A stretch of 30,990 bases of DNA from Bacteroidia bacterium (lineage in GTDB: Bacteria > Bacteroidota > Bacteroidia > Bacteroidales > VadinHA17). The notes under the pieces were generated by a model. It searched no databases and had not been told where the DNA came from. It saw nothing but the letters and a program-made list of their open reading frames with translations. Position 1 is the stretch's first letter, and every line of letters starts with the position of its first letter. Shown here piece by piece: positions 1 through 9,182 of the stretch. A program made the position numbers and the translations under genes. Location: assembly GCA_026391215.1 (NCBI GenBank), contig JAPLDX010000062.1:1-30990 (forward strand), read 5' to 3'.

Positions 1-741
1 TTGTTTCCCGGAGAATTCAAAAATTTCAAGCGCAGTTTTATCTCCTGCAGAGGCTGCTTCTGCAATATCTTTTGTGGTTATATTATTTAGAACTTTAATG
101 TCCTGACAAAATGAAACAGTTTCTCCATCAGCAAGTTTCTCGATGATCATTTTTTTTGATATAACAGCGATTCCTGTTCCGCTGCAAAAACCTTCAAATG
201 AACCTTTTTTACCATAAGCCTCAGGTCCATCATCCGCCAGCCGGATATGTCCCACTTCACCGGCAAGGTCGTTGGTGCCTGAATATAATTTTCCACCGAT
301 AATGATTCCTGCGCCCATTCCGGTGCCGAAAGTCAGGAATATCATATTCTCATATCCTTTTCCAGCTCCGAATTTCCATTCAGCCAGAGCACATGCATTG
401 GCATCATTTTGAAGATATGCAGGAACATGAAATGCGTCACTGAAATTCTGAACGATAGGGATATTATCCCAGTCAGGAAGGTTGGGGGGCGATTGCACAA
501 TACCTGTTTTGCTATCAAGTGGTCCTCCGCAGCTGATCCCAATTGACTGTAATCCGTGTAAGCCTAGTTTTCCGGTTATTATGGACGTACTTTTCAAGAG
601 AAGACTGATTGCATGTGCCGGACCCCTGCGTGTTTCAGTCGGGAAAACTGATTTTTCAAGGATCTCCATGTCTTCAGTACCGGCAATAACCGCGCATTTG
701 GTTCCTCCGATATCAATCCCAAGGTAATACTTGTCTTTCAT
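1..741 (-). CDS. ROK family sugar kinase (3'-truncated by window edge; not in ORF track)
   Basis: Manual translation from the ATG at 741: MKDKYYLGIDIGGTKCAVIAG...ISCGGPLDS...QNDANACALAEWKFGAG...FLTFGTGMGAGII...AGEVGHIR. These are the ROK motifs DIGGT, NDANA, GTGxGxG and GExGH. The frame runs to position 1, and the start overlaps the PiT stop (ATGA). Confidence 0.92.
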   Translation of the reverse strand, partial: MKDKYYLGIDIGGTKCAVIAGTEDMEILEKSVFPTETRRGPAHAISLLLKSTSIITGKLGLHGLQSIGISCGGPLDSKTGIVQSPPNLPDWDNIPIVQNFSDAFHVPAYLQNDANACALAEWKFGAGKGYENMIFLTFGTGMGAGIIIGGKLYSGTNDLAGEVGHIRLADDGPEAYGKKGSFEGFCSGTGIAVISKKMIIEKLADGETVSFCQDIKVLNNITTKDIAEAASAGDKTALEIFEFSGKQ

Positions 742-1967
742 TTCAAATAATGCCAGAATTTATCTTCTGATTTCTTAAGCTCCTTTTGCTTCTTCCTCTC
801 TATCAGGGAATAATATATCCCAACCAGCAAACCGGTTATTAAAACAGCAAGCAGGAGGTATCTGATGATGGCAGATATGCCAGGATCTGTGGCAGTAACG
901 GCTCCTGAAGCTGCTCCTCCAATTATCTTATAACCGACATCAATGCCGAAAATATTCTTTACAAAAAAGAGTGAGAAAAATGCAAGCAGTCCTGACATGA
1001 CAGGTGTTGCAATCCAGCCGATTCCGATCTCACCCAGTAGTTTGAAATTAATATTTCTTGCTCCTTTATAAAGACCTATTCCGATGACGCAGCCTACAAT
1101 AACCTGCGAGCTTGAAACGGGAACCATGGGAATGGGAGGGAGTCCTATTTTAACAAACAGATTTGACAATCCGGATGATGAAAATATGAACAGCACCAGC
1201 GATTGTGCAAGCACGACAACAATGGCGGCCTCTGAATTGAGTTCAACGATATTACCTCCGATCGTCTCCATCACCTTCTTTGAATATGTGATTATCCCTA
1301 CCGCTATTGCCAGTCCTCCAAGCAGGAAGAGCTGCTGGCTTGATGAGAGGGTAAAGAGTCCAAGGTCAAGTTCCTGGAGATTGAATGCAGGTACAAAAAC
1401 ACCCATTACATTAGCTATGTTATTGGCACCCAGGCTATAAGCACCGAAGGCTCCGACAATTATCAGTCCCGTTCTCAGGAATGATTCGAATCTGATCAGA
1501 TGAATTCTTGATGCTTTTTTGATCTTTATGATAATAATATAAAGCAGAACAGCGAATAATGCTCCCAATACAGGGCCAGACACCCATGTGACCACAATTT
1601 TTGAAAGAGTATCCGCATCAGTCTTGTTGCCTGTAAAAAGATTCCATCCTATGATTGCTCCAACGATAGCCTGGGTTGTGGAAACCGGGAGTGAGAATTT
1701 TGTCATCACATAAACCGTAATTGCTGCAGCAAGAGCCAGAGTAAAGGATCCGCCGATTGCATTCACTCCGCCCAGCTTGCCGAGTGTTTCTGAAGCTCCG
1801 GCACCCTGGAACACGGCTCCCAGTATCACTGCTATTGAGGCAATTATTGCGGCTTTTCTGAATGTCACCATTTTGGACCCGACGGCCGAACCAAAAACAT
1901 TCGATGCATCGTTTGCCCCCAGGGACCAGCCAAGGAATAAGCCGCTTGTCAGGAAAAATAAAATCAT
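738..1967 (-). CDS. PiT family inorganic phosphate transporter
   Basis: 409 aa, hydrophobic. Two PiT signatures (GANDASN, GANNIAN) and PVSTTQ/PVSSSQ motifs. Adjacent to a DUF47 gene. Confidence 0.93.
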   Translation of the reverse strand: MILFFLTSGLFLGWSLGANDASNVFGSAVGSKMVTFRKAAIIASIAVILGAVFQGAGASETLGKLGGVNAIGGSFTLALAAAITVYVMTKFSLPVSTTQAIVGAIIGWNLFTGNKTDADTLSKIVVTWVSGPVLGALFAVLLYIIIIKIKKASRIHLIRFESFLRTGLIIVGAFGAYSLGANNIANVMGVFVPAFNLQELDLGLFTLSSSQQLFLLGGLAIAVGIITYSKKVMETIGGNIVELNSEAAIVVVLAQSLVLFIFSSSGLSNLFVKIGLPPIPMVPVSSSQVIVGCVIGIGLYKGARNINFKLLGEIGIGWIATPVMSGLLAFFSLFFVKNIFGIDVGYKIIGGAASGAVTATDPGISAIIRYLLLAVLITGLLVGIYYSLIERKKQKELKKSEDKFWHYLK

Positions 1968-2614
1968 ATAACAATTTTTATCGCCATGGCAGAAAGCATA
2001 TCAGCAGCTTTCTGCGCCATATCGGAAATATTCTCTATATGATGGATGATATACCTCAGATGAGCCTTGTGAGCAAGATCTATGTCTTTCATTTCCTGAA
2101 AAATACGTTTCTTTGTATTTAAGGCGATCTTGTCAGTTTCACTCTCAAAATAATAGACTTTCAGAAGTTTTTCCCTCACCGTGTAGGGAGTGGTAAAATA
2201 TGCTCTTGCTGCAGGGATAAGCTCTTCAGCTGCTTCTACTGAGGCTTCGGTAAGATTTATTATGTCTTTATTAAGGGCAGCAGGAATTTCAGGCATTTCT
2301 ATAATAAACTCATTCAGAGAGCTTTTTACTGTATCAATAATCTCATCCAGTACATCCAGAAGCCTGGCTACTTCCTCCCTGTGCTGCGGAAGTATTGAAT
2401 GAGTGATCATCTCATTTTCAATCATTCGCTGCAGCCTGTCAGCATTGCCTTCAAGGGTATCTACTTTTTGAAGATGCCGGCTGAAGGCCTCCATATCCTT
2501 ATCGATATATGAATTTATGCTCTCCCTGAAGACCAGCAATCCAAGTTCGATGTTATCTAAGAATTCATCGATCCTGATAATCAGATCTTTTGTTGTTCTT
2601 TTAAAAAGGGCCAT
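1964..2614 (-). CDS. DUF47 / PhoU-like PiT accessory protein
   Basis: 216 aa, helical, with duplicated E..AD motifs (LEGNAD, FESETD, IENISD). 4-bp overlap with PiT, the canonical pairing. Confidence 0.88.
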   Translation of the reverse strand: MALFKRTTKDLIIRIDEFLDNIELGLLVFRESINSYIDKDMEAFSRHLQKVDTLEGNADRLQRMIENEMITHSILPQHREEVARLLDVLDEIIDTVKSSLNEFIIEMPEIPAALNKDIINLTEASVEAAEELIPAARAYFTTPYTVREKLLKVYYFESETDKIALNTKKRIFQEMKDIDLAHKAHLRYIIHHIENISDMAQKAADMLSAMAIKIVI

Positions 2615-2640
2615 AATGGTTATCGGTTATGTTACTTCTT

Positions 2641-2648
2641 CAAATTTA
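2641..2648 (-). promoter_or_regulatory. Bacteroidota sigmaA -7 element (TAAATTTG) for DUF47-PiT-ROK operon
   Basis: Exact TAnnTTTG match 26 nt upstream of the 2614 start codon. Confidence 0.55.
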
Positions 2649-2657
2649 TAAAACTAT

Positions 2658-4028
2658 TCAGAATTCAATGATTTTTTCTACCCTGTAACTCCTGAGATAC
2701 TGTTTGAGGATTACCTGGATATCGTTGTTATCCGGTGCCTGTATAATGCAATCATGGACTGCTGAGAGGCCGAATCCCATATCATTGATATTAAAGTATC
2801 CGTATCCTGCATATTTCCCGTTTATCACCTTTACAGCGCATCTTTCCTCTTCATCACGTCCTTTATCGATAATAAAGAAATTCCGGCGCGAAAACACAAA
2901 TTCTTCAGCTGCCCTGTATGCGCGTTCATTGTAATTCTTTGGTGTCTCCTTGCCGCAGCATGCCCCTTTGCAGATTCCTACATGAAACTGGAAGCATGCT
3001 TCATCAGATTCGTATAGGCCGGCAAGCTTCTGACATAGTTCATAAGTTTCAACAAGGCTTTCGAGTCTTGATTTTGCTTTCTCTCTGGAGCTGAATACGG
3101 AAAGGGGGTTTTCACCGGAATTTGTCTGTCCAAAACTGAAATTCAGGTATCCATTCTTATCTGTGAAGCTGAAAATTGCCCACTGGAAACCTGTTCTCCT
3201 CTGAGCCCTGTTATATAAAGGCTTGTTCTCTTTTATTTCAAATGACTCCCTGAGAAGCGCAATAAGCTCGCTCCCGGTGCATACCCAGTCAATATCCGCA
3301 ATCAGATCACGCATTTCCATTGACCGGTTGGTGGTATTATTTGAAAGATGAGTGCTGATCCTCTGCTGAAGGTTCCGGCTTTTTCCAATATAAATCAGGT
3401 CACCGGTCTCATTATAGAAATAATAAATACCCGGTTCATCAGGAATGGAATCTATTTTAGATATATCCAGGCGGGGATTAAGCTTAGACAACCTTGTGTT
3501 TCTGATGAGATTTGATCTGGCGCCATTGGTCTCAATGTCCTTTTCCAGAAGCATTTCGAACAGTTTCACCGTCGCAAGAGCATCTCCCGATGCCCTGTGC
3601 CTACCCTTGATATCAATCTTCAAATCCCTGCATATATTGCCAAGGCTGTATGATCGGTGTCCCGGAAACAATTTCCTGCTAAGGGTAACAGTATCAATTA
3701 TTTTTCGCCTGTAATTGAATCCAAGCGATTTAAACTCCTGCCTGATAAACGAATAATCGAACTTTGCATTATGGGCAACAAAAGCCATGCCATCAGTAAG
3801 TTCAACGATAGTTTTTGCTATCTCATAGAATCGGGGGGCATCTTCCACCATCTCGTTGGTGATACCGGTCAGGTTTGTAATGAAATAGGGGATACTTCTT
3901 TCAGGATTGACAAGGGTGACAAATTCTCCTGTAATCTTCTCACCATCATGAAGGTATATGGCAACCTCGGTAATCTTTTCAGTCCTGGCGCTGCCGCCTG
4001 TGGTCTCAATATCAATTATTGCATACAT
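2658..4028 (-). CDS. DEDDh 3'-5' exonuclease (Pol III epsilon-like) fused to UvrC/Cho-like GIY-YIG nuclease
   Basis: Exonuclease motifs DIETTG, AHNAKFDY, HRASGDA. PGIYYF...IYIGKS GIY-YIG motif. Cys-rich LCQKL...CFQFHVGICKGACCG as in the UvrC N-terminal half. Confidence 0.9.
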   Translation of the reverse strand: MYAIIDIETTGGSARTEKITEVAIYLHDGEKITGEFVTLVNPERSIPYFITNLTGITNEMVEDAPRFYEIAKTIVELTDGMAFVAHNAKFDYSFIRQEFKSLGFNYRRKIIDTVTLSRKLFPGHRSYSLGNICRDLKIDIKGRHRASGDALATVKLFEMLLEKDIETNGARSNLIRNTRLSKLNPRLDISKIDSIPDEPGIYYFYNETGDLIYIGKSRNLQQRISTHLSNNTTNRSMEMRDLIADIDWVCTGSELIALLRESFEIKENKPLYNRAQRRTGFQWAIFSFTDKNGYLNFSFGQTNSGENPLSVFSSREKAKSRLESLVETYELCQKLAGLYESDEACFQFHVGICKGACCGKETPKNYNERAYRAAEEFVFSRRNFFIIDKGRDEEERCAVKVINGKYAGYGYFNINDMGFGLSAVHDCIIQAPDNNDIQVILKQYLRSYRVEKIIEF

Positions 4029-4099
4029 TAATTGATGTTGCCTGGATGTAAGCAGCCACGAATATAATCAGAATTGAGGGGAGAGATATTATTTGTTTG

Positions 4100-4107
4100 T
4101 ATTTTTG
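4100..4107 (+). promoter_or_regulatory. sigmaA -7 element (TATTTTTG) upstream of aminotransferase
   Basis: TAnnTTTG match 17 nt before ATG 4125. It supports 4125 over the TTG at 4074 as the start. Confidence 0.5.
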
Positions 4108-4124
4108 TTTTTAAAACAGTTATC

Positions 4125-4952
4125 ATGAATGAATGCTTTGGAAATAAATTCATCCTTAACGGGAAGCTGCAATCATCTGATTTCTTCGATAATTCTCTTG
4201 TATATGATGGAGATTCGGTATATGAAGTAATAAGAATGATAAAAGGCTCCCCGGTATTCTTTTATGATCACATGGAGCGGCTGACTTCAAGCGTGAAGCT
4301 GCAGAAGAAGATTTTGCTGGCTGATCCCGATGCCCTTAAGAAAGACATTATTAATCTTACAAAGTGGGATAAAAAGAAAGAGATAAACCTTAAGATAGTC
4401 TTTAACTATAACAAAGGTTCAGAAAATTACATTGTTTATTTTATTGAACCTATTTATCCCTCAATTGAGCAATACAGAAAAGGTGTAAAGGGGATTTTGT
4501 TCTATGCTGAGAGAAAGGATCCGGCTTCAAAAGTGATCAACCATAAGCTGCGTTCATCCATCTATCATAAGCTTATCCTGGACGGTGGCTATGAAGCCCT
4601 TCTGGTTAATGAAAATGGACAGGTCACTGAAGGAAGCAGGTCAAATATCTTTTTCCTCAAGGATGATACCCTGGTAACAGCTCCCGATGATATTATACTC
4701 AGTGGTATAACCCGCAAGCATATTCTTGAAATATGCAGTGAGAATAATATTAAAGTCACGATGGCATGCGTTGATGCTGACAGGTTAAGCGAATACGATG
4801 CTGTGTTCATGACAGGCACTTCACCGATGGTGCTTCCGTTCAATCGTATTGATGATAAGTTTTTCAATGTCAGGATCCATCTGATCGAAACGCTGCGCAA
4901 GCTCTATATTGAAAGAGCAGAAAAGAGCATTGCAAGTTTCAGATCCAAATAA
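4125..4952 (+). CDS. PLP-dependent aminotransferase class IV (BCAT / D-amino acid aminotransferase / ADC lyase family)
   Basis: VYEVIR, HMERL, EGSRSNIFF, ILSGITR and FMTGTS fold-type IV motifs. Confidence 0.88.
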   Translation: MNECFGNKFILNGKLQSSDFFDNSLVYDGDSVYEVIRMIKGSPVFFYDHMERLTSSVKLQKKILLADPDALKKDIINLTKWDKKKEINLKIVFNYNKGSENYIVYFIEPIYPSIEQYRKGVKGILFYAERKDPASKVINHKLRSSIYHKLILDGGYEALLVNENGQVTEGSRSNIFFLKDDTLVTAPDDIILSGITRKHILEICSENNIKVTMACVDADRLSEYDAVFMTGTSPMVLPFNRIDDKFFNVRIHLIETLRKLYIERAEKSIASFRSK

Positions 4953-4999
4953 AATCACCGGAAAAAATTCCAGTAAGAAATATTTAAAACTACAGGTAA

Positions 5000-5296
5000 A
5001 TGGCAAATCTCAGAAGTCTTAAAAAGCAAATTGATTCACAGATCTATTCAGTGATATCAGACTGTTTTACTTTTTCGACCCTTTATCCCGAAGATAAGCC
5101 CGAAGAGGTATCAGGGATAATTTCCGATGCTGTTAATTTCAGGAATGAACTGATCAACAGGGTTAACAATCCGGTAAAAGAAACTGATCCTAAAGGCATA
5201 AAGGTTCATTATCAGATGGTTAACAGGGAACTGGATGCAGGTGTCGATAAGCTGTGTGAAAGGCTCAGTTCTGTATCGAAGAAGAGAAAGAAGTAA
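5000..5296 (+). CDS. small helical hypothetical protein
   Basis: 98 aa, ATG start, follows the aminotransferase on the same strand. Amphipathic helical pattern (MANLRSLKKQID...) reminiscent of a conserved Bacteroidota hypothetical family. Confidence 0.72.
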   Translation: MANLRSLKKQIDSQIYSVISDCFTFSTLYPEDKPEEVSGIISDAVNFRNELINRVNNPVKETDPKGIKVHYQMVNRELDAGVDKLCERLSSVSKKRKK

Positions 5297-6266
5297 AGTG
5301 CCTGTAGATGTTTGTGCCACAGCCGTTACAATTGCCCTTCTGATCAAGATTCAGAAGCCTGGTATGGTAACGTGATCTTCTTGTAACTATCTTTCCGCAT
5401 TTCGGGCATTGTGTATTTTGTCCGGCATCTGTCGATATGTTTCCTACGTATACATAACTCAGGCTCCTGGATGCGATGGAGGCAAGTCTTTTAAGGGTTT
5501 CCTGGGGTGTGGATGGATCTTCCCTTTTGTACATCGGGAAATACCTGCTCAGATGAAAGGGGATATCTTTACCAAGCTCTCCTGCTATCCATTCAGTCTC
5601 CAATGCCATTTCCTTTTCATCATCATTCTGTCCGGGGACGATAAGAGTTGTTATCTCCAGGTGTTTGCCTGAACGGGCTATCTGCTTAAGGGATTTTTTA
5701 ACAGGTTCAAGACCTGCCCCTGTCAGCTTCCTGTAAAAGTCGTCGTTGAAGGCTTTAAGATCGATATTGAAAGCATCTGTAAATGAGATGATCTCCTTAA
5801 GAGGCTCTTCATTGACATATCCATTGCTCACCATCACTGTTTTTAATCCCTTTTTCCTTGCTTTACGGGCAACATCGCTGATAAATTCAAACCATATCAC
5901 CGGTTCATTGTATGTGAACGCTATTCCAATATTATTCAAAGCATCATGGGCATCTTTCAATATCTTGTCAATATCGGTCTTTGAGACATAATCTGAGGAA
6001 ATACGCTGTGAAATAGTGTAATTCTGGCAGAAATCACAATGCATATTGCATCCATAGGATCCCAGTGAAAGAATATTTGTACCCGGATAAAAATGATACA
6101 GGGGTTTCTTTTCAATCGGATCAAGAGAATATCCTGATAGAACGCCATAGGTAAGAAGTTCAACTGATCCTCCGTTATTCTTTCTCACACCGCAGATACC
6201 TGTATTACCTTCTGTAATCTTGCAAAAATGAGGGCAGATCAGACATTCGATAAAGGGAGGAGTCAT
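5265..6266 (-). CDS. amrS: AmmeMemoRadiSam system radical SAM enzyme
   Basis: N-terminal CLICPHFC..GICGVR, then DPIEKKPLYHFYPG, GCNMHCDFCQN (CxxxCxxC), AFTYNEP, PFHLSRYFP and C-terminal CPKC/CNGC. Confidence 0.9.
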   Translation of the reverse strand: MTPPFIECLICPHFCKITEGNTGICGVRKNNGGSVELLTYGVLSGYSLDPIEKKPLYHFYPGTNILSLGSYGCNMHCDFCQNYTISQRISSDYVSKTDIDKILKDAHDALNNIGIAFTYNEPVIWFEFISDVARKARKKGLKTVMVSNGYVNEEPLKEIISFTDAFNIDLKAFNDDFYRKLTGAGLEPVKKSLKQIARSGKHLEITTLIVPGQNDDEKEMALETEWIAGELGKDIPFHLSRYFPMYKREDPSTPQETLKRLASIASRSLSYVYVGNISTDAGQNTQCPKCGKIVTRRSRYHTRLLNLDQKGNCNGCGTNIYRHFTSFSSSIQN

Positions 6267-6329
6267 GGCTTTGATAGCAGGATCCAGTAAAAATACGCAT
6301 TTTTACCCATTTAAGAAAATGTTATGCGC

Positions 6330-6364
6330 AAAAAAAGAGAAAGAGCGGTGATCCGCTCTTTCTC
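6330..6364 (-). terminator. intrinsic terminator (minus strand)
   Basis: Perfect 12-bp stem GAGAAAGAGCGG-TGAT-CCGCTCTTTCTC (6337-6364) next to A7 (6330-6336), which is a U7 tail on the minus strand. Confidence 0.85.
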
Positions 6365-6494
6365 CAACCTAAACCTACTTCCAATTGGCTATACGTGACA
6401 GGACTATATCACGAACGGAGCTCATGATATGCTTCTTAAAGACTGGAATTATTTTATGGATTTCGCAGATAAGGTTTGGAAATAGTCTGGACGC

Positions 6495-6968
6495 TTATAA
6501 TTCTTCAACTTTTATCTCATACGAGATATGGTTCAGACCGGCAAATCCGGCTATTTCATTTTTGACCGGATCAATAATTTCAATATAAGACAGACCAAAA
6601 CGAAACACAATTTTATTACGGTTTCTTATTTTGAAGCTGACGCTCAGGGGAAATATCTCAATCTTTTCAATATCTTCTGATTTAATTTTAACTACCGGTA
6701 GAACCGAGTGTTGTTTCAGTATCAGCTTTCCAGGCTCTGTAGAAATGTATTTCCTTGTTTTTCCTGCTCCGTCAAGGACCTGGTAAACTCCAAACAAAAC
6801 CAGAAATAAGATTGTTATCCATAGCGTACCGTCGGTTTTTATTGACTGGATATTGAATATTACCCAATAGATAGCAATAACAATACATGCTATCCCCAGC
6901 ACAATGTGGAATATCTTCGCTAAACCTGGATTTTCCTTAGACTCAAGATAAAACACCTTCTTCTCCAT
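6495..6968 (-). CDS. hypothetical membrane protein (2 TM + small beta-rich domain)
   Basis: Two hydrophobic segments followed by a soluble domain. ATG at 6968 preferred over TTG at 6977. Confidence 0.75.
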   Translation of the reverse strand: MEKKVFYLESKENPGLAKIFHIVLGIACIVIAIYWVIFNIQSIKTDGTLWITILFLVLFGVYQVLDGAGKTRKYISTEPGKLILKQHSVLPVVKIKSEDIEKIEIFPLSVSFKIRNRNKIVFRFGLSYIEIIDPVKNEIAGFAGLNHISYEIKVEEL

Positions 6969-7043
6969 TTCTGACAAAATAATATTATTTTTAGAGTCTT
7001 CTAATTTAGGAATAATTAATGAGCTGATACTAATAACATAGCT

Positions 7044-8300
7044 ATGAAACGCAACTACTACCTCGTTGTACTTATTTTCCTGATTTTCTTTGCAATATCA
7101 TTTCTAACCAATATTCTTGGGGCAATAAATCCCAATGTGAGTGACAGCTATACCCTGACCGGTACACTGACAGGAATGCTGCCTTTTTCATTTTTTATTG
7201 CGTATGCTTTAATGTCAATTCCTGCAGGAATGATCATTCAGAAATTTGGTGAAAAGAAATGCCTTGTGCTTGCCTGGATACTGGCTTTGGCAGGAGCTCT
7301 TTTGTTTTCCCTTTTCCCGGTTTTTCCGGTATTCCTGTTTTCTCTATTCATGATTGGCAGCGGAATGGCGATTTTACAGGTTGCTATATATCCGCTCCTC
7401 CGGGTAACGGGTGGTGAAGAGCATTTTGCTTTCAATTCGGTAATTGCCCAGCTGGTTTTTGGTGCAGCTTCGTTTCTCAGTCCGTTTGTTTATTCGTACC
7501 TGGTAACACATCTTACTGATGCTCAGGTTAGTGAGGGATTCTTTATATCATTCATATCGTTTCTGACTCCGGATAAGCTGCCGTGGGTATCAATATACTG
7601 GATCTTTGCAAGCGTAAGCCTTCTGATGATGGTGATCATTGTTGCATCACGTTTTCCAAAGGTTGAGCGCCGGGAAGATGAGATTGTCGGAGCCTGGGCA
7701 ACCCATGTTGAATTGTTCAAACAGAAAAAGGTGATACTCTTTTTCTTTGGTATCTTTTGCTATGTTGGTACTGAACAGGGTATAGCAAACTGGATCTCAG
7801 AGTTTCTGAGAACATATCATGGACTTAGACCGGAGATTGAAGGAGCCAGAGCCGTTGGATTATTCTGGGGAATGATGACTGTCGGTTGTGTCCTTGGACT
7901 GGCTTTATTGAAAGTCATGGACAGCAAAATAGTACTTCGTGTTTTTACTGTTGCAGCGCTTGTCATACTGACCTTTACACTCTTCGGAAATACCGGGTAT
8001 GCCTTATTTGGCTTTCCGGCTCTAGGATTCTGCCTGTCAGTGATGTATGCAATAATTTTTTCGCTTGCACTTAACAGCGTTGAAAAATCTCATGGATCAT
8101 TTGCGGGGATCCTTTGTACTGCGATTGCAGGAGGTGCTATAGTCTCTTTGCTTATTGGCAAGCTGAAGGACCTGATCGGATTACAGGCAGGGATGACGGT
8201 ACTCTATCTGACATTAGCTTATATTCTGAGCCTTAGCTTCTGGGCAAAGCCAATTATTAGGAATGCCACATTTAAAATAAAAAGTACAGAAAAAGAATAA
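7044..8300 (+). CDS. sugar MFS transporter, FucP/GluP (fucose:H+ / glucose-galactose) family
   Basis: 418 aa, about 12 TM. Motifs FSFFIAY..MSIPAG, ILQVA.YP, IFCYVGTEQG and AIAGGAI. Confidence 0.88.
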   Translation: MKRNYYLVVLIFLIFFAISFLTNILGAINPNVSDSYTLTGTLTGMLPFSFFIAYALMSIPAGMIIQKFGEKKCLVLAWILALAGALLFSLFPVFPVFLFSLFMIGSGMAILQVAIYPLLRVTGGEEHFAFNSVIAQLVFGAASFLSPFVYSYLVTHLTDAQVSEGFFISFISFLTPDKLPWVSIYWIFASVSLLMMVIIVASRFPKVERREDEIVGAWATHVELFKQKKVILFFFGIFCYVGTEQGIANWISEFLRTYHGLRPEIEGARAVGLFWGMMTVGCVLGLALLKVMDSKIVLRVFTVAALVILTFTLFGNTGYALFGFPALGFCLSVMYAIIFSLALNSVEKSHGSFAGILCTAIAGGAIVSLLIGKLKDLIGLQAGMTVLYLTLAYILSLSFWAKPIIRNATFKIKSTEKE

Positions 8301-8311
8301 TATTATCATAA

Positions 8312-9067
8312 ATGAAAAAATTATTAATAGTATTTAATACACTTATTATCAGTGTATTATGTTTCGGGCAGCAATATCCTGCTCCAATGAAAGCTGATAT
8401 GACTGAGATATGGGATCCTGAAGTCAGAATCATTCAACCGGGAGAACTGCCGGGTATGCCGCCATCAGATGCAATAATACTGTTTGATGGAACTGATATA
8501 AATAATGAGTGGACTGATGCCAGTGGGAATCCTCCGGGATGGATAATTGAAAACGGTGCGATGGTATGCGTTAAAGGAAAAGGAGAGATAAGGACGAAAC
8601 GCAATTTTAATGACTTCCAGCTGCATATTGAATGGAGAACACCGGCAGAACCTGTAGGCACAAACCAGGACAGGGGTAACAGCGGTGTTTTTTTGCAGGG
8701 ACAATACGAAGTACAGGTATTGGACAATTATAACAACAGGACATACCGTAATGGTCAGGCCGGAAGCATTTACAAACAGCATGTACCACTGGTAAATGCA
8801 TGCAGGAAACCTGGAGAATGGCAGACGTATGATATAATATACACTGCACCCCGGTTTGCCGGAGACAGCACTGTTTACTTCACTCCGCCCAGAGTTACCG
8901 TAATACATAATGGTGTATTGATACAGAATAATGTGAGTCTTAGAGGTCCTACATTATACGAAGGTATACCTGAATACTCAGTCAGAAAGCATGGAGCCGG
9001 ACCTCTTATGCTTCAGGATCATAACCACCCTGTAGCCTATAGAAATATCTGGATCAGGGAACTTTAA
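8312..9067 (+). CDS. DUF1080 3-keto-glycoside hydrolase/lyase family protein, secreted
   Basis: Signal peptide. PPSDAIILFDG, FNDFQLHIEW, GNSGVF, YEVQVLD, PGEWQTYDI and LQDH...YRNIWIREL. Confidence 0.88.
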   Translation: MKKLLIVFNTLIISVLCFGQQYPAPMKADMTEIWDPEVRIIQPGELPGMPPSDAIILFDGTDINNEWTDASGNPPGWIIENGAMVCVKGKGEIRTKRNFNDFQLHIEWRTPAEPVGTNQDRGNSGVFLQGQYEVQVLDNYNNRTYRNGQAGSIYKQHVPLVNACRKPGEWQTYDIIYTAPRFAGDSTVYFTPPRVTVIHNGVLIQNNVSLRGPTLYEGIPEYSVRKHGAGPLMLQDHNHPVAYRNIWIREL

Positions 9068-9182
9068 CAATTTTTAAGAATATTTCGGGACCAGATTTGG
9101 GATTAATATTACAAATCATCAGGAAATTGCTAATTTTACGTATCAATCATATCCTTTAACCAAGTTAAAAAATATCTGACAA

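Noticed and set aside
342-727. ORF-track ORFs 342-542(-) and 482-727(+)
   Set aside because: They are off-frame or antisense shadows of the ROK gene at 1-741(-).
2658-4028. Exonuclease-GIY-YIG fusion as an anti-phage or mobile nuclease
   Set aside because: The architecture matches the widespread Bacteroidota epsilon/Cho-like repair protein and sits in a housekeeping context.
6385-6588. 67-aa plus-strand ORF
   Set aside because: TTG start, overlaps the 6495-6968 gene in antisense, and the nearby terminator is oriented for the minus strand.
9155-9169. TTTAAC-CAA-GTTAAA palindrome upstream of the Gfo gene
   Set aside because: Short and AT-rich with no second copy noticed, so it is not distinguishable from chance.
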